A DNA stretch of 64,000 nucleotides from Pseudomonadota bacterium (GCA_040385545.1 JAZKHF010000066.1:375-64374); one strand, 5' to 3'; positions 8,065 through 17,473 are shown, counted from the stretch's first letter. A program made the numbers and translations. Notes: generated by a model not told the origin, from the sequence alone.

Positions 8065-9166
8065 TGTCTTCCTCGCTGGCCGGTTGTTTGTCCCCTGAGG
8101 CGGCGCCGGCATTGTCGCCCTCCTCTGGTGTCTCTTTCTTCAACAGCGCGATCTTTTCATCAAAAAGTCGGGCAAGCTCGTCGATCGCGGGCTGAGGCCA
8201 CCCCTCGTTCTCAGACGCCACGATATTCTGCTCTCTGGCCGCCACGAGGGCGACGAGATCGGTGGTCTTGTTAATAGATCCCTGCAGCCACCGGATTTCC
8301 TCCTGGATCTGATCGCCCCATTCATGCTCACGATCTCCGTGGTCCGGAGTCAGGTCGTGCCGCGTCGGCGTCTTCGGCTCAGCGCGCGTGGCTTCGCCGC
8401 CGTCGAGCGTCGGGCGGTGTTCGACAAGCCCGCCGCCGTCGTGGATGACCTTGCCCTCCATTTCCTCAGCGGTGAGCTCCCCGCCCATTTCCTCAGGAAA
8501 GGCGCGGCGGAGCGCGGCGGCTTCGGCGCACTTTTCGAGCATCCAGAAGGGCGAAGACTGCCATTTCTCGTTCGGGACGCGCAGTCCCTTCTTGCCCGAG
8601 AAGGACTCGATGAACCGCACCTTGGGGCCGACGAACGCGACGCGGTGGCCCTGCACGATCCGGTAAACGGTGATCTGGCACCATTCGGGGAAGTCGAATT
8701 TCGGGCATTCTTCGCGCGTGACCTTCTTCTGGTTCTGATAGGTCGACTCTCGACTGTCATCGAAACCTCGGCTCAGTGTCGGCCCGAACAACGCATCATC
8801 GTTGCCGGCCCAGCTGCCAGTCCGGCTCGCCGTGGTGCGGAGCTCGCTGATGCCCGGCCACACTGTTTCGACCTCGCGGCCGAGAGCGGCGTTATACATC
8901 GGCACGATGTGGACGACGCGCTTGAAAATATCGAGATTGCGGGCCTTGCAGTAATCGATCGCCAGCAGCACGCCGTTTACGGACTTCGCCGACGGGAAAA
9001 TGGCGTCGACCAGGGCTTTCCAGCGCGCCGGCGTAATCCCTGCCTCGAATGCCTCTTCGGGCATCGGCATCCGCGGCGGCTGGACGACCATCAGCTGCTT
9101 GGCCGCGTCGTCGCCTCGCCGCTGGTTTCCGCGCTCCTGCCGCTGCTGATAGGGCTTCTGGTTCAA
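8045..9166 (-). CDS. RecT/Bet-family single-strand annealing protein
   Basis: YCKARNLDIFKRVVHIVP, GISELRTTASRTG, MLEKCAEAAALRRAFPEE. Confidence 0.88.
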   Translation of the reverse strand: MNQKPYQQRQERGNQRRGDDAAKQLMVVQPPRMPMPEEAFEAGITPARWKALVDAIFPSAKSVNGVLLAIDYCKARNLDIFKRVVHIVPMYNAALGREVETVWPGISELRTTASRTGSWAGNDDALFGPTLSRGFDDSRESTYQNQKKVTREECPKFDFPEWCQITVYRIVQGHRVAFVGPKVRFIESFSGKKGLRVPNEKWQSSPFWMLEKCAEAAALRRAFPEEMGGELTAEEMEGKVIHDGGGLVEHRPTLDGGEATRAEPKTPTRHDLTPDHGDREHEWGDQIQEEIRWLQGSINKTTDLVALVAAREQNIVASENEGWPQPAIDELARLFDEKIALLKKETPEEGDNAGAASGDKQPASEEDNDQKTD

Positions 9167-9175
9167 CTCGCTCTC

Positions 9176-9856
9176 CTATGCCTTCACGCGCGATTGCGCT
9201 TGCTCGATCTTCTTCACGCCCGGCACCGCGTCGCCCTTGCGGACGTCGGGCAATATCTCGGCGCGGAGCGCGGCCAGGACCTTGGGGCGGGTGAAATAGC
9301 GATCCGGGATCGCGCGGAAGTCGACGATCTCGATATCGACCACGCTCGTCAGGTGAGCACTGGCGCCTTCGACCGAACGAACGCGAGACGCGCGGCGGCT
9401 GGTGTCTTGCGGCCGTTGCCAGCCGGGCTCCGGATCTTCAATTTCGGCCGCGCGGACAGCGGCACGCTCAAGCTCAATCCGCTTCTGCTCCGAAACTTGC
9501 CAATCGGTGAGACGGGCGCTCAGATCTGCGATCGCATCGCCGATCTTGTCGCGCAGCGCGCCGGCCACGCCATCGACGACGCGACCAGCGGATAGCCACG
9601 GTTCCTTGGAATCACGGTGGGCGTTGTTCACACGTTCGCGGCACGCTTGCAGCTGGGCGACGAGCGTGGTGAATTTCTCAGCCTCGTCGACGCTGCTGAT
9701 CTTCGCCGGAGCTTTGTCGATCGATAGCGCGAGCGCGGTCCAGCGCTCCGTCGGCCCCTCGAGCGCGGCGTCGATCTCATACTTGGCCCGTTCGTCCGGC
9801 GTCAACCAGGCCATGTTGTGGTCGCTGGCGTGCATCAGTCGCGATCCCCGGGCCAC
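9176..9856 (-). CDS. Coiled-coil phage protein next to the SSAP gene
   Basis: Helical, C-terminal VPGVKKIE typical of phage recombination-module proteins. Confidence 0.6.
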   Translation of the reverse strand: MARGSRLMHASDHNMAWLTPDERAKYEIDAALEGPTERWTALALSIDKAPAKISSVDEAEKFTTLVAQLQACRERVNNAHRDSKEPWLSAGRVVDGVAGALRDKIGDAIADLSARLTDWQVSEQKRIELERAAVRAAEIEDPEPGWQRPQDTSRRASRVRSVEGASAHLTSVVDIEIVDFRAIPDRYFTRPKVLAALRAEILPDVRKGDAVPGVKKIEQAQSRVKA

Positions 9857-10173
9857 GGCGCGACGCGGTCCAGCGCGTTGAGCAGGATTCCAGCCTCGAC
9901 CTGGTCCAGCCGCACGATCTCGCTCGCGCCGGCCTTGCGGACGATCATTCCGGAGCGGACGAGCGAGATTTCAGCGCCTCGCGCCCTCGCGTCGAATGCA
10001 GCTGCGCGCAGGGCCCGCTGCCAGTCGGGAAGGCCGGACGGGATTTCGTCGTTCGACGGAACGCCACGCCCAATGTCGAAGCCATGCTCGCGGATGGCGC
10101 GCAGAAGACCCATGCGTATTAGTGTTCCGGGCACGATTTCCCCTATTGAGCGAGTTCTGCTGGACATTTTCAT
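9835..10173 (-). CDS. Hypothetical protein
   Basis: ATGA overlap, GGAGG RBS. Confidence 0.55.
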   Translation of the reverse strand: MKMSSRTRSIGEIVPGTLIRMGLLRAIREHGFDIGRGVPSNDEIPSGLPDWQRALRAAAFDARARGAEISLVRSGMIVRKAGASEIVRLDQVEAGILLNALDRVAPWPGDRD

Positions 10174-10553
10174 CCTCCAATCTGCAGTTGGTCGAGCCTG
10201 TCGATCGCTTCGTTGAGGGCGTTCAAATGACCCTGCTTTTCTTTCGTCTGAACCGCGCCGCGTTCCAGGAAATCGATCGCTCGCTTCGCCGCGTTGATGA
10301 CTTCACGATCGTCATTGTCTTCGGAGATCCCCAGGAACGGCACCCCGCCCAAGAGGATGAGCACCCGCTTATCGAAGCGCCGGGCTGGATCTCGCGCTGC
10401 AAGGCCGTCTTCGAATGCCCGTTGCTCCATCAGTCGGATGGCCTGAGCTTCGCGCTTATCGTGGATCACGAGAGACCAGCGATGCCGGACGCCAATCTGG
10501 CTCAGCGCGCCTCTCAGGTTCCGAAGCGCTTCCTTGACGACGACGATGCTCAT
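10170..10553 (-). CDS. Hypothetical protein
   Basis: ATGA overlap with upstream small gene. Confidence 0.55.
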   Translation of the reverse strand: MSIVVVKEALRNLRGALSQIGVRHRWSLVIHDKREAQAIRLMEQRAFEDGLAARDPARRFDKRVLILLGGVPFLGISEDNDDREVINAAKRAIDFLERGAVQTKEKQGHLNALNEAIDRLDQLQIGG

Positions 10554-10678
10554 CGTGTCGCGACCAGGAAGATCACGCCAACGATGGCGCAAAGGACCAA
10601 GAGTCCGATGGTCACGTAGCAACCCTTGGGCGCCGGCCCCTCGATCTCGTCCTCATATCCGTAATCATACCCTGGCAT
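10550..10678 (-). CDS. 42-aa single-TM peptide
   Basis: GAGGGAG RBS, MPGYDYG...hydrophobic C-terminus. Confidence 0.5.
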   Translation of the reverse strand: MPGYDYGYEDEIEGPAPKGCYVTIGLLVLCAIVGVIFLVATR

Positions 10679-11636
10679 TGATCGCTCCCTCTGGAAAACC
10701 GTCATGGTGGCGCCCGCCGAGCGAACGGCCGGCGACTGTCTTGCCAAACCGGCCGACGCGCTGTCCGTCGGCGAATTCATGGACCAGGCGGAGATCGGCG
10801 AGCACGTCGGGCGGTGCGGGCGCCCAATCACCCCATTGTTTGAACAGGAACGGCACGCCCGCGAGATCGCATTGGATCATCAGCAACTCTACCCACACTG
10901 GATTCATCGGCCGCGCGCCGCGCCCGCTTTCGCCGCCGCATATGACCCAATGAATGCGCGGGGTGCGCGATAACTGGCAGTTGGAATGTTCGCCGCTTAG
11001 CGGATTGTATAGAGCCGCCGTTCCGCCTCCGCTGCGTAGTGGTAGCGTTGAGAAATCGATTGGCCCAAGCAGCGGTTCGCACGAAAGGAATCGCACCGCG
11101 GCCGGCGTCAAAAGAAGGGGAGGGATTCGCTGCTCGGCGCGCAGCTGGTCCTCGACGCTGGTTCCCAGCCACACGTTGGGAAGCGGCCACATCGGCGCGT
11201 GCGATCGCTCGCAATGCGCCAGCCAGTGCTCGCCGCTTCCCATCGCCTGACGAGCATATTCGCGCATCCGCTCAGGACGCTTCGTCAATACCTGGTGAAT
11301 ATGCTGAGGCGTCGCCGCCATGACGGCAAAGCACTTGTCGATCCACTCGACCGGGACGTCTTCATGGAAGAGGTCGCCGTGCGCGTTCCAGAAAATCTTC
11401 TTCGGCTTCGTCCACCGTAGGGGGAGCTCGAGCGCGGCTTCGTTAAAGCGGAGCTCGCCCGTCCATACGTGGCCATTCTTGGTCGGCCGGGTGAGCCCGG
11501 TGCTGGGATGGTGTGGAAGACCGCGCGCGCCGGAACGCATCGCGTAGCAGTTGGCGCAGCCGGGAGAGATCACGCTGCAGCCGTTGACCACATTCAGCGT
11601 CGCGTCCGTCCACTCGATCTTCGTGCCGTCGCCCAT
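10665..11636 (-). CDS. DUF5131 / phage Gp37-Gp68 family radical-SAM-like protein
   Basis: TKIEWTD, GCSVISPGCANCYA, QVLTKRP, FLSCEPLLG, WVICGGESG, FLFKQWG. Confidence 0.93.
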   Translation of the reverse strand: MGDGTKIEWTDATLNVVNGCSVISPGCANCYAMRSGARGLPHHPSTGLTRPTKNGHVWTGELRFNEAALELPLRWTKPKKIFWNAHGDLFHEDVPVEWIDKCFAVMAATPQHIHQVLTKRPERMREYARQAMGSGEHWLAHCERSHAPMWPLPNVWLGTSVEDQLRAEQRIPPLLLTPAAVRFLSCEPLLGPIDFSTLPLRSGGGTAALYNPLSGEHSNCQLSRTPRIHWVICGGESGRGARPMNPVWVELLMIQCDLAGVPFLFKQWGDWAPAPPDVLADLRLVHEFADGQRVGRFGKTVAGRSLGGRHHDGFPEGAINARV

Positions 11637-11639
11637 CGC

Positions 11640-11840
11640 CTATTCTCCGTCCGCGCGGGCTTTGATTGCCGCCATGATCCGCGTGAGGCACGTCCAGGGC
11701 ACGTTCGGCGTGAATTCCCCGAAGACGAACCGAAAGCGGTTCATATATGCAGCCTTCGTGTCATCGCTCGGCGTCAGCGCGGCTTCAAGCGCTGCCAGCC
11801 GCGCCATCGTGCCCACGGGTGCGGATTCGAACTCTGCCAT
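11640..11840 (-). CDS. Hypothetical protein
   Basis: GGAG RBS before MAEFES. Confidence 0.5.
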   Translation of the reverse strand: MAEFESAPVGTMARLAALEAALTPSDDTKAAYMNRFRFVFGEFTPNVPWTCLTRIMAAIKARADGE

Positions 11841-11841
11841 T

Positions 11842-12183
11842 TCAGTCTCCAAAGCTCGGGATGGTGCTGTCATTCCAGTTGGTCCGGCGCCGCGGATTGG
11901 CCGTCGGATCGAAGCCGTCGTGCTGGCGAGCGTGTTCGGTGCGGCGCTTGAGATAGTCGTATTCGGCGCTTGCGATCTCATCGCCGGTGCAAGCGGGCCA
12001 GACGCGGTCAAGGTCGATCGGATCGCCGTTCGCTTCCGCTTGCCAGCGCCAGGACCGATCCATGATCTCGCCGGTGAGCGGATCCTTCGGCCGGCCGTGC
12101 CAGATGCGGATGCCAACCAGCGGGCCGCCGCGGACCAGCCGCATCCGGTAGAATCCCGCCACTGGCTCTTCGACGCTCACCAT
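11842..12183 (-). CDS. Hypothetical phage protein, first gene of leftward operon
   Basis: PVAGFYRMRLVRGGP motif; abuts divergent intergenic region. Confidence 0.7.
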   Translation of the reverse strand: MVSVEEPVAGFYRMRLVRGGPLVGIRIWHGRPKDPLTGEIMDRSWRWQAEANGDPIDLDRVWPACTGDEIASAEYDYLKRRTEHARQHDGFDPTANPRRRTNWNDSTIPSFGD

Positions 12184-12377
12184 TGATGTTTGCCCGTGCT
12201 GTCGACGACGAATCGCCTATCGCCCAACGGATAAGCGCGATTGGCCGGACGACGCAAGCGGCAATTGCAAAAAAAACAGTAATTCGTTCACGCCCTCTCT
12301 CTAGCCACTCCTTGGGCTGAGTATTTTTTATGTGCCCGGGCTTGACGGCATCAGTAATTAAAACCTAGCCACGGGGA
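12184..12377. promoter_or_regulatory. Divergent promoter region
   Basis: AT-rich gap between divergent operons; rightward TTGACG (12342) N17 CTAGCC; two CAGTAATT copies. Confidence 0.6.
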
Positions 12378-12635
12378 ATGTCACCACACCCATTCCCCAC
12401 GCTCGCTCGCCATATCGTCGACCGACTCGGCGGACGCTCTGAGGCCGCGCGCCTCACCGGCTACCCGCTGACGAAGATCGACTCGTGGCTCCGCTCCGGT
12501 TTCATCCCATGCCGGTTGCACAGTCTCATCCTCGAGTCGGCCTGGGCGGCTGGGATCACGATGAACGAGCTCGATTTCGTCGCTCACCTTCGCGGCATCA
12601 CGCCGCCAAGCGCGGCTCCCGAACGGACAGCCTAA
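12378..12635 (+). CDS. Cro-like HTH protein
   Basis: IVDRLGGRSEAARLTG...WLRSGFIP; first gene of rightward operon. Confidence 0.75.
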   Translation: MSPHPFPTLARHIVDRLGGRSEAARLTGYPLTKIDSWLRSGFIPCRLHSLILESAWAAGITMNELDFVAHLRGITPPSAAPERTA

Positions 12636-12691
12636 CGCGGCTGATCTCGTCGCGTATTCCGGCCGGATGCGCGTTTTACAAAGGAGGGCTT

Positions 12692-13306
12692 ATGATGGCT
12701 CAACAGACCGATCTGGAAGAACAGCGGGACCAACCCCAGCCGTTTCTTCCGCCGAAGATCGACAAGATCGCGGCGCTGGTCGCGAACAACGGTTCGATCC
12801 ACGTTGCCGAAGAGAAGGCGCAAAAGGCCGCCTCAGATCTCGGCAATCTCTACAAGAAGATCGAAACCGACTTCCACGGCAACCGCAAGGCGGTGAAGCT
12901 GATTCGCACCCTGGTTGGCGGCACGCTAGACCAGGCGCACGACTTCATGCGCTCGTTTCTTCACCTTGCCGCGCATTTCAACCTGATGCCGCCGGCGGAC
13001 CTGGTCGATATTGCCGAGAAGGTGAAGGACCGGGATCCGGAAGATCCTGGCGTATCGGCGGCCGACATGGCGCCGAAGGGTAAGGCAAGGCCCGCTCTCA
13101 CGGTTGTCGGCGACAATGCAATCGATCGCGCCAAGAAGGCGCTGCAGAATGGCGGCAAGCCCGATATTCCAGCGCCGAAGGGCCCGCCGGGCGATTTTGA
13201 CCTCGCCGACGCGGGTTCGGACGTCGCGGACGACATTGCTCGCCAGCGCGAAGAGGACAGGGTCGCGTTCGAGGCGTCCGAAGCGGCGAAGGGCAAGCCT
13301 GAATGA
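12692..13306 (+). CDS. GapR/DUF2312-like nucleoid protein with acidic tail
   Basis: EEKAQKAASDLGNLYKKIETDFHGNRKAVKLIRTL resembles the GapR core; AGGAGG RBS. Confidence 0.45.
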   Translation: MMAQQTDLEEQRDQPQPFLPPKIDKIAALVANNGSIHVAEEKAQKAASDLGNLYKKIETDFHGNRKAVKLIRTLVGGTLDQAHDFMRSFLHLAAHFNLMPPADLVDIAEKVKDRDPEDPGVSAADMAPKGKARPALTVVGDNAIDRAKKALQNGGKPDIPAPKGPPGDFDLADAGSDVADDIARQREEDRVAFEASEAAKGKPE

Positions 13307-13878
13307 AACAGGCGGTGGTCTGCTACGACTTGTCGCGATCGGCGGGGTGGGCGGTTTGGGCGCCCAAACTCCACGCTCCGCGGTTCGGCATCCTGCAGCT
13401 GCCACCGCCGCTTTCGAACGGGAGCGTCGGCCCGGCGCTGGCGCTCCTGTTCGAACATATTTCTTGGGTCGACCGCAACTATGGTCCGCTGGCCCACCTT
13501 GGGCATGAAATGTTTCTCGCGCCGACGGGCGGCAAGAAGGATGCGAAGACGTCGTTCATCACGTCGCCGAAGACCGTCAAGGCCCTGGTCGGCTTCTCCG
13601 GAGTGGCCGAGCTTGCCGCGCATCTGCTCGATATTGAAAGCCACCAGATCCACAACATGAGTTGGCGACGGTCCTGGGTTGGAGCCCAGCCGCGCGGAAC
13701 GGGGCGCGATGAATGGAAGCGACTCAGCGTGGCGAAAGCGATGCGGTGCGGCTGGGCGCCACAGGGCGACGACGATGCCGATGCGCTCGGGCAACTCCAT
13801 TTCCTGCTCGCGAAACTGAAAATCGTCCCTCAATGGCAGAAAGCGATCGACATGGCCGACGTGAGGCTTCCCCTATGA
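13303..13878 (+). CDS. RuvC-like Holliday junction resolvase
   Basis: N-terminal YDLSRSAGWA, central E, C-terminal DDDADALG. Confidence 0.7.
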   Translation: MKQAVVCYDLSRSAGWAVWAPKLHAPRFGILQLPPPLSNGSVGPALALLFEHISWVDRNYGPLAHLGHEMFLAPTGGKKDAKTSFITSPKTVKALVGFSGVAELAAHLLDIESHQIHNMSWRRSWVGAQPRGTGRDEWKRLSVAKAMRCGWAPQGDDDADALGQLHFLLAKLKIVPQWQKAIDMADVRLPL

Positions 13879-14648
13879 GCCTTCACCTTTGGGAAGAGAC
13901 GGCGGCGCTGTTTCAGGACGTGGATTTGCCGCACTCTGATCTTCTGAACCTTCGGCGTGAAGATTTACGGGGTGACGTCGAGGCTGGCCACAAGGCATTG
14001 AGCGCCGCGCTTGGAACCGAACCGCCGCTTCATCCTGCAGTAGTGGCTCCGCTTCCCCAGATTGAGGGCGGTTGGCCTGTCATCATGGCAGATCCGCCGT
14101 GGAATTTCCGTTCGTGGGTCGCGAACGCGAACCCTACGTCGAGCCGAGCGGCGGAGCGGCACTATCGGACGATGAAGTTGGAAGAGATCATGGCCATGCC
14201 GGTCAAGCAGATCGCGGCCAAGGACGCTCATCTGATGCTCTGGATCACCATGCCGTTCCTCGCCGCCGGCGTTCACGTCCCGCTGATGAAAGCGTGGGGC
14301 TTTAAGCCGAGCTCGAGCGCTTTCGTGTGGATGAAATTGAAGCGCAAGGCCGGCGTCCAGTATGAGCTCATCACGATCGGCGAGCTAAATCGCTTCCTCC
14401 ACATCGGCATGGGGCACACGACCAGGAAGAACGTCGAGGTCTGTCTGCTCGGGCGGCGTGGCAATGCGCGTCGCGTGTCGAAGGCGGTGCTCGAGCCGAT
14501 CATCACGCCCGTTCGCGAGCACAGCCGCAAGCCCGATGAAGCCTACGAGCGCGCGATGGAATATGCTGCCGGGCCCTATCTCGAGCTCTTCTCCCGCGAG
14601 GAACGCGAGGGATGGACGACCTGGGGGAACGAGACCGGGAAATTCTGA
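13875..14648 (+). CDS. MT-A70-family adenine methyltransferase
   Basis: IMADPPW, HLMLW, REHSRKPDE, YLELFSRE, WGNE. Confidence 0.92.
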   Translation: MSLHLWEETAALFQDVDLPHSDLLNLRREDLRGDVEAGHKALSAALGTEPPLHPAVVAPLPQIEGGWPVIMADPPWNFRSWVANANPTSSRAAERHYRTMKLEEIMAMPVKQIAAKDAHLMLWITMPFLAAGVHVPLMKAWGFKPSSSAFVWMKLKRKAGVQYELITIGELNRFLHIGMGHTTRKNVEVCLLGRRGNARRVSKAVLEPIITPVREHSRKPDEAYERAMEYAAGPYLELFSREEREGWTTWGNETGKF

Positions 14649-14695
14649 CGTCGTTTGCAAACTGATTTCTGACTTTGAAGGCACGGGCACCCCAG

Positions 14696-16198
14696 ATGAG
14701 CGACGACATTCATGGATTTCACGATCGCGTTCCGCCGGCGCCTCCGCCGCCGGATGAGCCGATCCAGCCGCCTCAGAACATCGAAGCGGAAGCTGCGCTG
14801 CTCGGCGCGTTGATGATCGACAATCGGCTGGTTGACGACGTGGTGGCGCGGCTGCGCCCGTTCCATTTCTACGAGCCCCTTCACGGCCGCATCTACGAAG
14901 CCATCGTGAAGATGGTGGGCGAGGGCAAGGTCACGAATCCGGTGACATTGAAGCCGATTTTCCAGAACGACGAAGTGATGAAGCAAGTCGGCGGCCCGGG
15001 CTATCTCGGGCAGTTGACCGGATCAGGCGCCGCGGTGATCGGAGCGCGCGACTTCGGAAACCAGATCGTTGACCTGGCGGAGCTTCGGGCAATCACGGTG
15101 AAGTTGCGGGACGCGCTAGATGCGATCCACAATGCGACGCTCGAGTGCACCCCGACGGAGATCGTCGCCAACCTGGAAGCCGAGCTCGCAACCGTGGTCA
15201 CGGAATCGGGCCGGGTCGCCTCCGTCAGCATGGGCACCGCGGCGCGCGACGCGGTCAACACGATCGAAGAGACGGCGGCGGGCAAGGAACCGAACGGGTT
15301 CCTGATCCGAGGGTTCGAAGATTACAACCACGTCCGGGGCCGGATGGAAGGCGGGGATTTTGACCTTCTGGGCGGCCGGCCGTCGATGGGCAAGACCGCG
15401 ACGTCTCTGGCGATCGGTCTCGGCGCCGCGACGGCCGGCGAAGGGACGGAGATATTGAGCCTCGAAATGAAGCGGGAGCTCATGGTCCGCCGGACGCTCG
15501 CCAATCTCATCTACCGGCCGGAAGGAAGCTGCAGTTACGCCGATCTTGTGAAGGGCCGGTTGTCTAAGGACGATTGGGCGCGGCTGGCCGATGCCAAGGC
15601 CCAGCTGGAAGCGATGCCTTATTCAATCTCCGATCCGCACGGACTGATGATCGAGGACGTCATGCCGTTCCTTCGCAAGCGCCAGCGGTGGTTCGCCGCA
15701 CGAGGCCAGAAGATGCGGCTGGTGATCGTCGACCACGTCGGCCGGCTGCAGTCTCGTCGGAAAATGCAGGAAACGGAGCTCGTCAGCCATATCAGCCGCA
15801 CCTTGAAGAGCGCGGCGCGGGAGCTCGACTGTTGCATCCTCGCCCTGGCGCAGTTGAACCGCGGACTCGAGCAGCGCGAGAACAAGCGCCCGATGCTCGC
15901 CGATCTTCGCCAGTCGGGCTCTCTCGAGCAAGACGCGGACAATGTGTGCTTCGTCTACCGCGAAGAATACTATCTCGGGCCAGCCGAGCCGCCGAAGGAC
16001 AAGGTCGAGAAGTGGCAAGCCTGGGCGGACGCGATGGACGCGGTGCGCGACGACCTCGAGATCTATTCGTCCAAGCGGCGCGAAGGCGCGCTGGCGAAGC
16101 GGACGGCGAAATTCTTCACGAAGCATCAGGCGATTCGCGACCACGGTGATTATCACGCGGCGCCGAGTTTCTTCGACGAAGACAACCATATTTTGTGA
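14696..16198 (+). CDS. dnaB: Replicative DNA helicase
   Basis: PPQNIEAEAALLG, GRPSMGKT, SLEM, LAQLNR, DLRQSGSLEQDAD. Confidence 0.95.
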   Translation: MSDDIHGFHDRVPPAPPPPDEPIQPPQNIEAEAALLGALMIDNRLVDDVVARLRPFHFYEPLHGRIYEAIVKMVGEGKVTNPVTLKPIFQNDEVMKQVGGPGYLGQLTGSGAAVIGARDFGNQIVDLAELRAITVKLRDALDAIHNATLECTPTEIVANLEAELATVVTESGRVASVSMGTAARDAVNTIEETAAGKEPNGFLIRGFEDYNHVRGRMEGGDFDLLGGRPSMGKTATSLAIGLGAATAGEGTEILSLEMKRELMVRRTLANLIYRPEGSCSYADLVKGRLSKDDWARLADAKAQLEAMPYSISDPHGLMIEDVMPFLRKRQRWFAARGQKMRLVIVDHVGRLQSRRKMQETELVSHISRTLKSAARELDCCILALAQLNRGLEQRENKRPMLADLRQSGSLEQDADNVCFVYREEYYLGPAEPPKDKVEKWQAWADAMDAVRDDLEIYSSKRREGALAKRTAKFFTKHQAIRDHGDYHAAPSFFDEDNHIL

Positions 16199-16209
16199 GG
16201 GGAGAGTAG

Positions 16210-17124
16210 ATGGCGATTGAGTTGATGGCCCGGATCCTGGCGAGACCGAAAGAAGAAGTCGACGCGAGCGAAAAGCTCGTGCTCGTCGTCATGGCGGACA
16301 GGGCCGACGATGACGGGTTGCTCTGGTATGCGGTCGACACGATCGCCGGGCGCGCCAGCATGACGGCGCGCGGCGTCCAGAAGATCATGGATCGGTTGAT
16401 CGCGAAGAAGATCATCAGGAAGCAGAGCCGGCGAAACCGCTCGAATTACTGGATCATCAACGTCGATCGTTTCCCCGCGGTCGAGCGGGTGAAGAAAGCG
16501 AAAGAGCAGGGTCCGGTCGAGTTTCTGGATGAAGCCGATGCGGCTGAGCCGGACCTTTTCGGCACGGGTGAACCTCGTTCCGGCACGGGTGAACGTCGTT
16601 CGTCGACGGGTGAACCTGGTTCCGTGACGGGTGAACCCGGTTCACCCGATTCCCTTAGTGATTCCCTTAGTGATTCCCTTACACCAGACGCGCTCGGCGC
16701 GCGAGTGGTGGAGGCATGGAACCTCATGGCCGCGAAGCATCCGAAGATATCCAGCGTCTCAGTGCTTAGCGAGACCAGAAAACGCGGGATCGAGCTTCGC
16801 GCCAAGGAACACGCCGCTCGCTTCGAGCGATACGATCCCGGTGAGAGAGAGAATGCCGTCTGGCATCAGGCAATCGAGACCGTTTCGAAATCGCGACTTT
16901 TGACCGGATTGAAGACCGATTGGTCCTGCACCTTCGATTGGGTGCTGAAAAATGCTAATTTCATCAAGATCATGGAGGGCAACTATGGGCGCGGATCAGA
17001 CGAGATTGGTGGTCAGTCGCCAGGCGTCGGTGAACGAAGTGCCGCTGCAGCAGGATCCGAGGCTCGTCGCCTTGTTGAGCGTCATCGCCAGCGCGGACGA
17101 GCGGACGCCGCGCATCCCCGCTGA
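16210..17124 (+). CDS. Replication initiator (N-terminal wHTH, lambda O-like organisation)
   Basis: EKLVLVVMADRADDDG wHTH; internal iterons; C-terminal FDWVLKNANFIKIMEGNY. Confidence 0.85.
   Translation: MAIELMARILARPKEEVDASEKLVLVVMADRADDDGLLWYAVDTIAGRASMTARGVQKIMDRLIAKKIIRKQSRRNRSNYWIINVDRFPAVERVKKAKEQGPVEFLDEADAAEPDLFGTGEPRSGTGERRSSTGEPGSVTGEPGSPDSLSDSLSDSLTPDALGARVVEAWNLMAAKHPKISSVSVLSETRKRGIELRAKEHAARFERYDPGERENAVWHQAIETVSKSRLLTGLKTDWSCTFDWVLKNANFIKIMEGNYGRGSDEIGGQSPGVGERSAAAAGSEARRLVERHRQRGRADAAHPR
16561..16681 (+). repeat. Putative replication origin: 4 x 21-bp iterons plus 3 x 12-bp repeats
   Basis: ACGGGTGAAC...GTTC core at 21-bp period (16561-16644), then GATTCCCTTA(GT) x3 (16648-16681). 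Confidence 0.8.
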
Positions 17125-17473
17125 CATAGCGGCGGGCTTGCCGGCGCTCGTCGACGATGCCCGGACGAAGCTCGCTCCGCTGAGCGACGATGTGTTGGTC
17201 GACGAATGCACCGGCGTCGCCGGCACGATCGGTCTCGGCGCGAGTCAGTCGGAAAAGACGGAGTGGATCACGATGGCTGTCGTGCATCTTGGCCGCTTCC
17301 CCGGCTCGCTCGTTCGTGAAGCGCTGCGCGAAGCGCCGATCGAGTGCGAGCGGTTGAACCAGGTGGTGAAGTTCGTCGCCACCTATTGCGAGGACTATCC
17401 GGCGAGGATGCAGACGCGGCTGGCGCGTTTGGAGCAGCTGGACCAGATGGCAAGGGATCAGGGCAATGTATGA
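16985..17473 (+). CDS. Hypothetical replication-module protein (start uncertain)
   Basis: Lambda P-like position after initiator. Confidence 0.5.
   Translation: MGADQTRLVVSRQASVNEVPLQQDPRLVALLSVIASADERTPRIPADIAAGLPALVDDARTKLAPLSDDVLVDECTGVAGTIGLGASQSEKTEWITMAVVHLGRFPGSLVREALREAPIECERLNQVVKFVATYCEDYPARMQTRLARLEQLDQMARDQGNV

Noticed and set aside
16561-16681. Possible CRISPR-like array
   Set aside because: Tandem repeats without unique spacers, in frame inside the initiator gene; no cas genes; fits iterons
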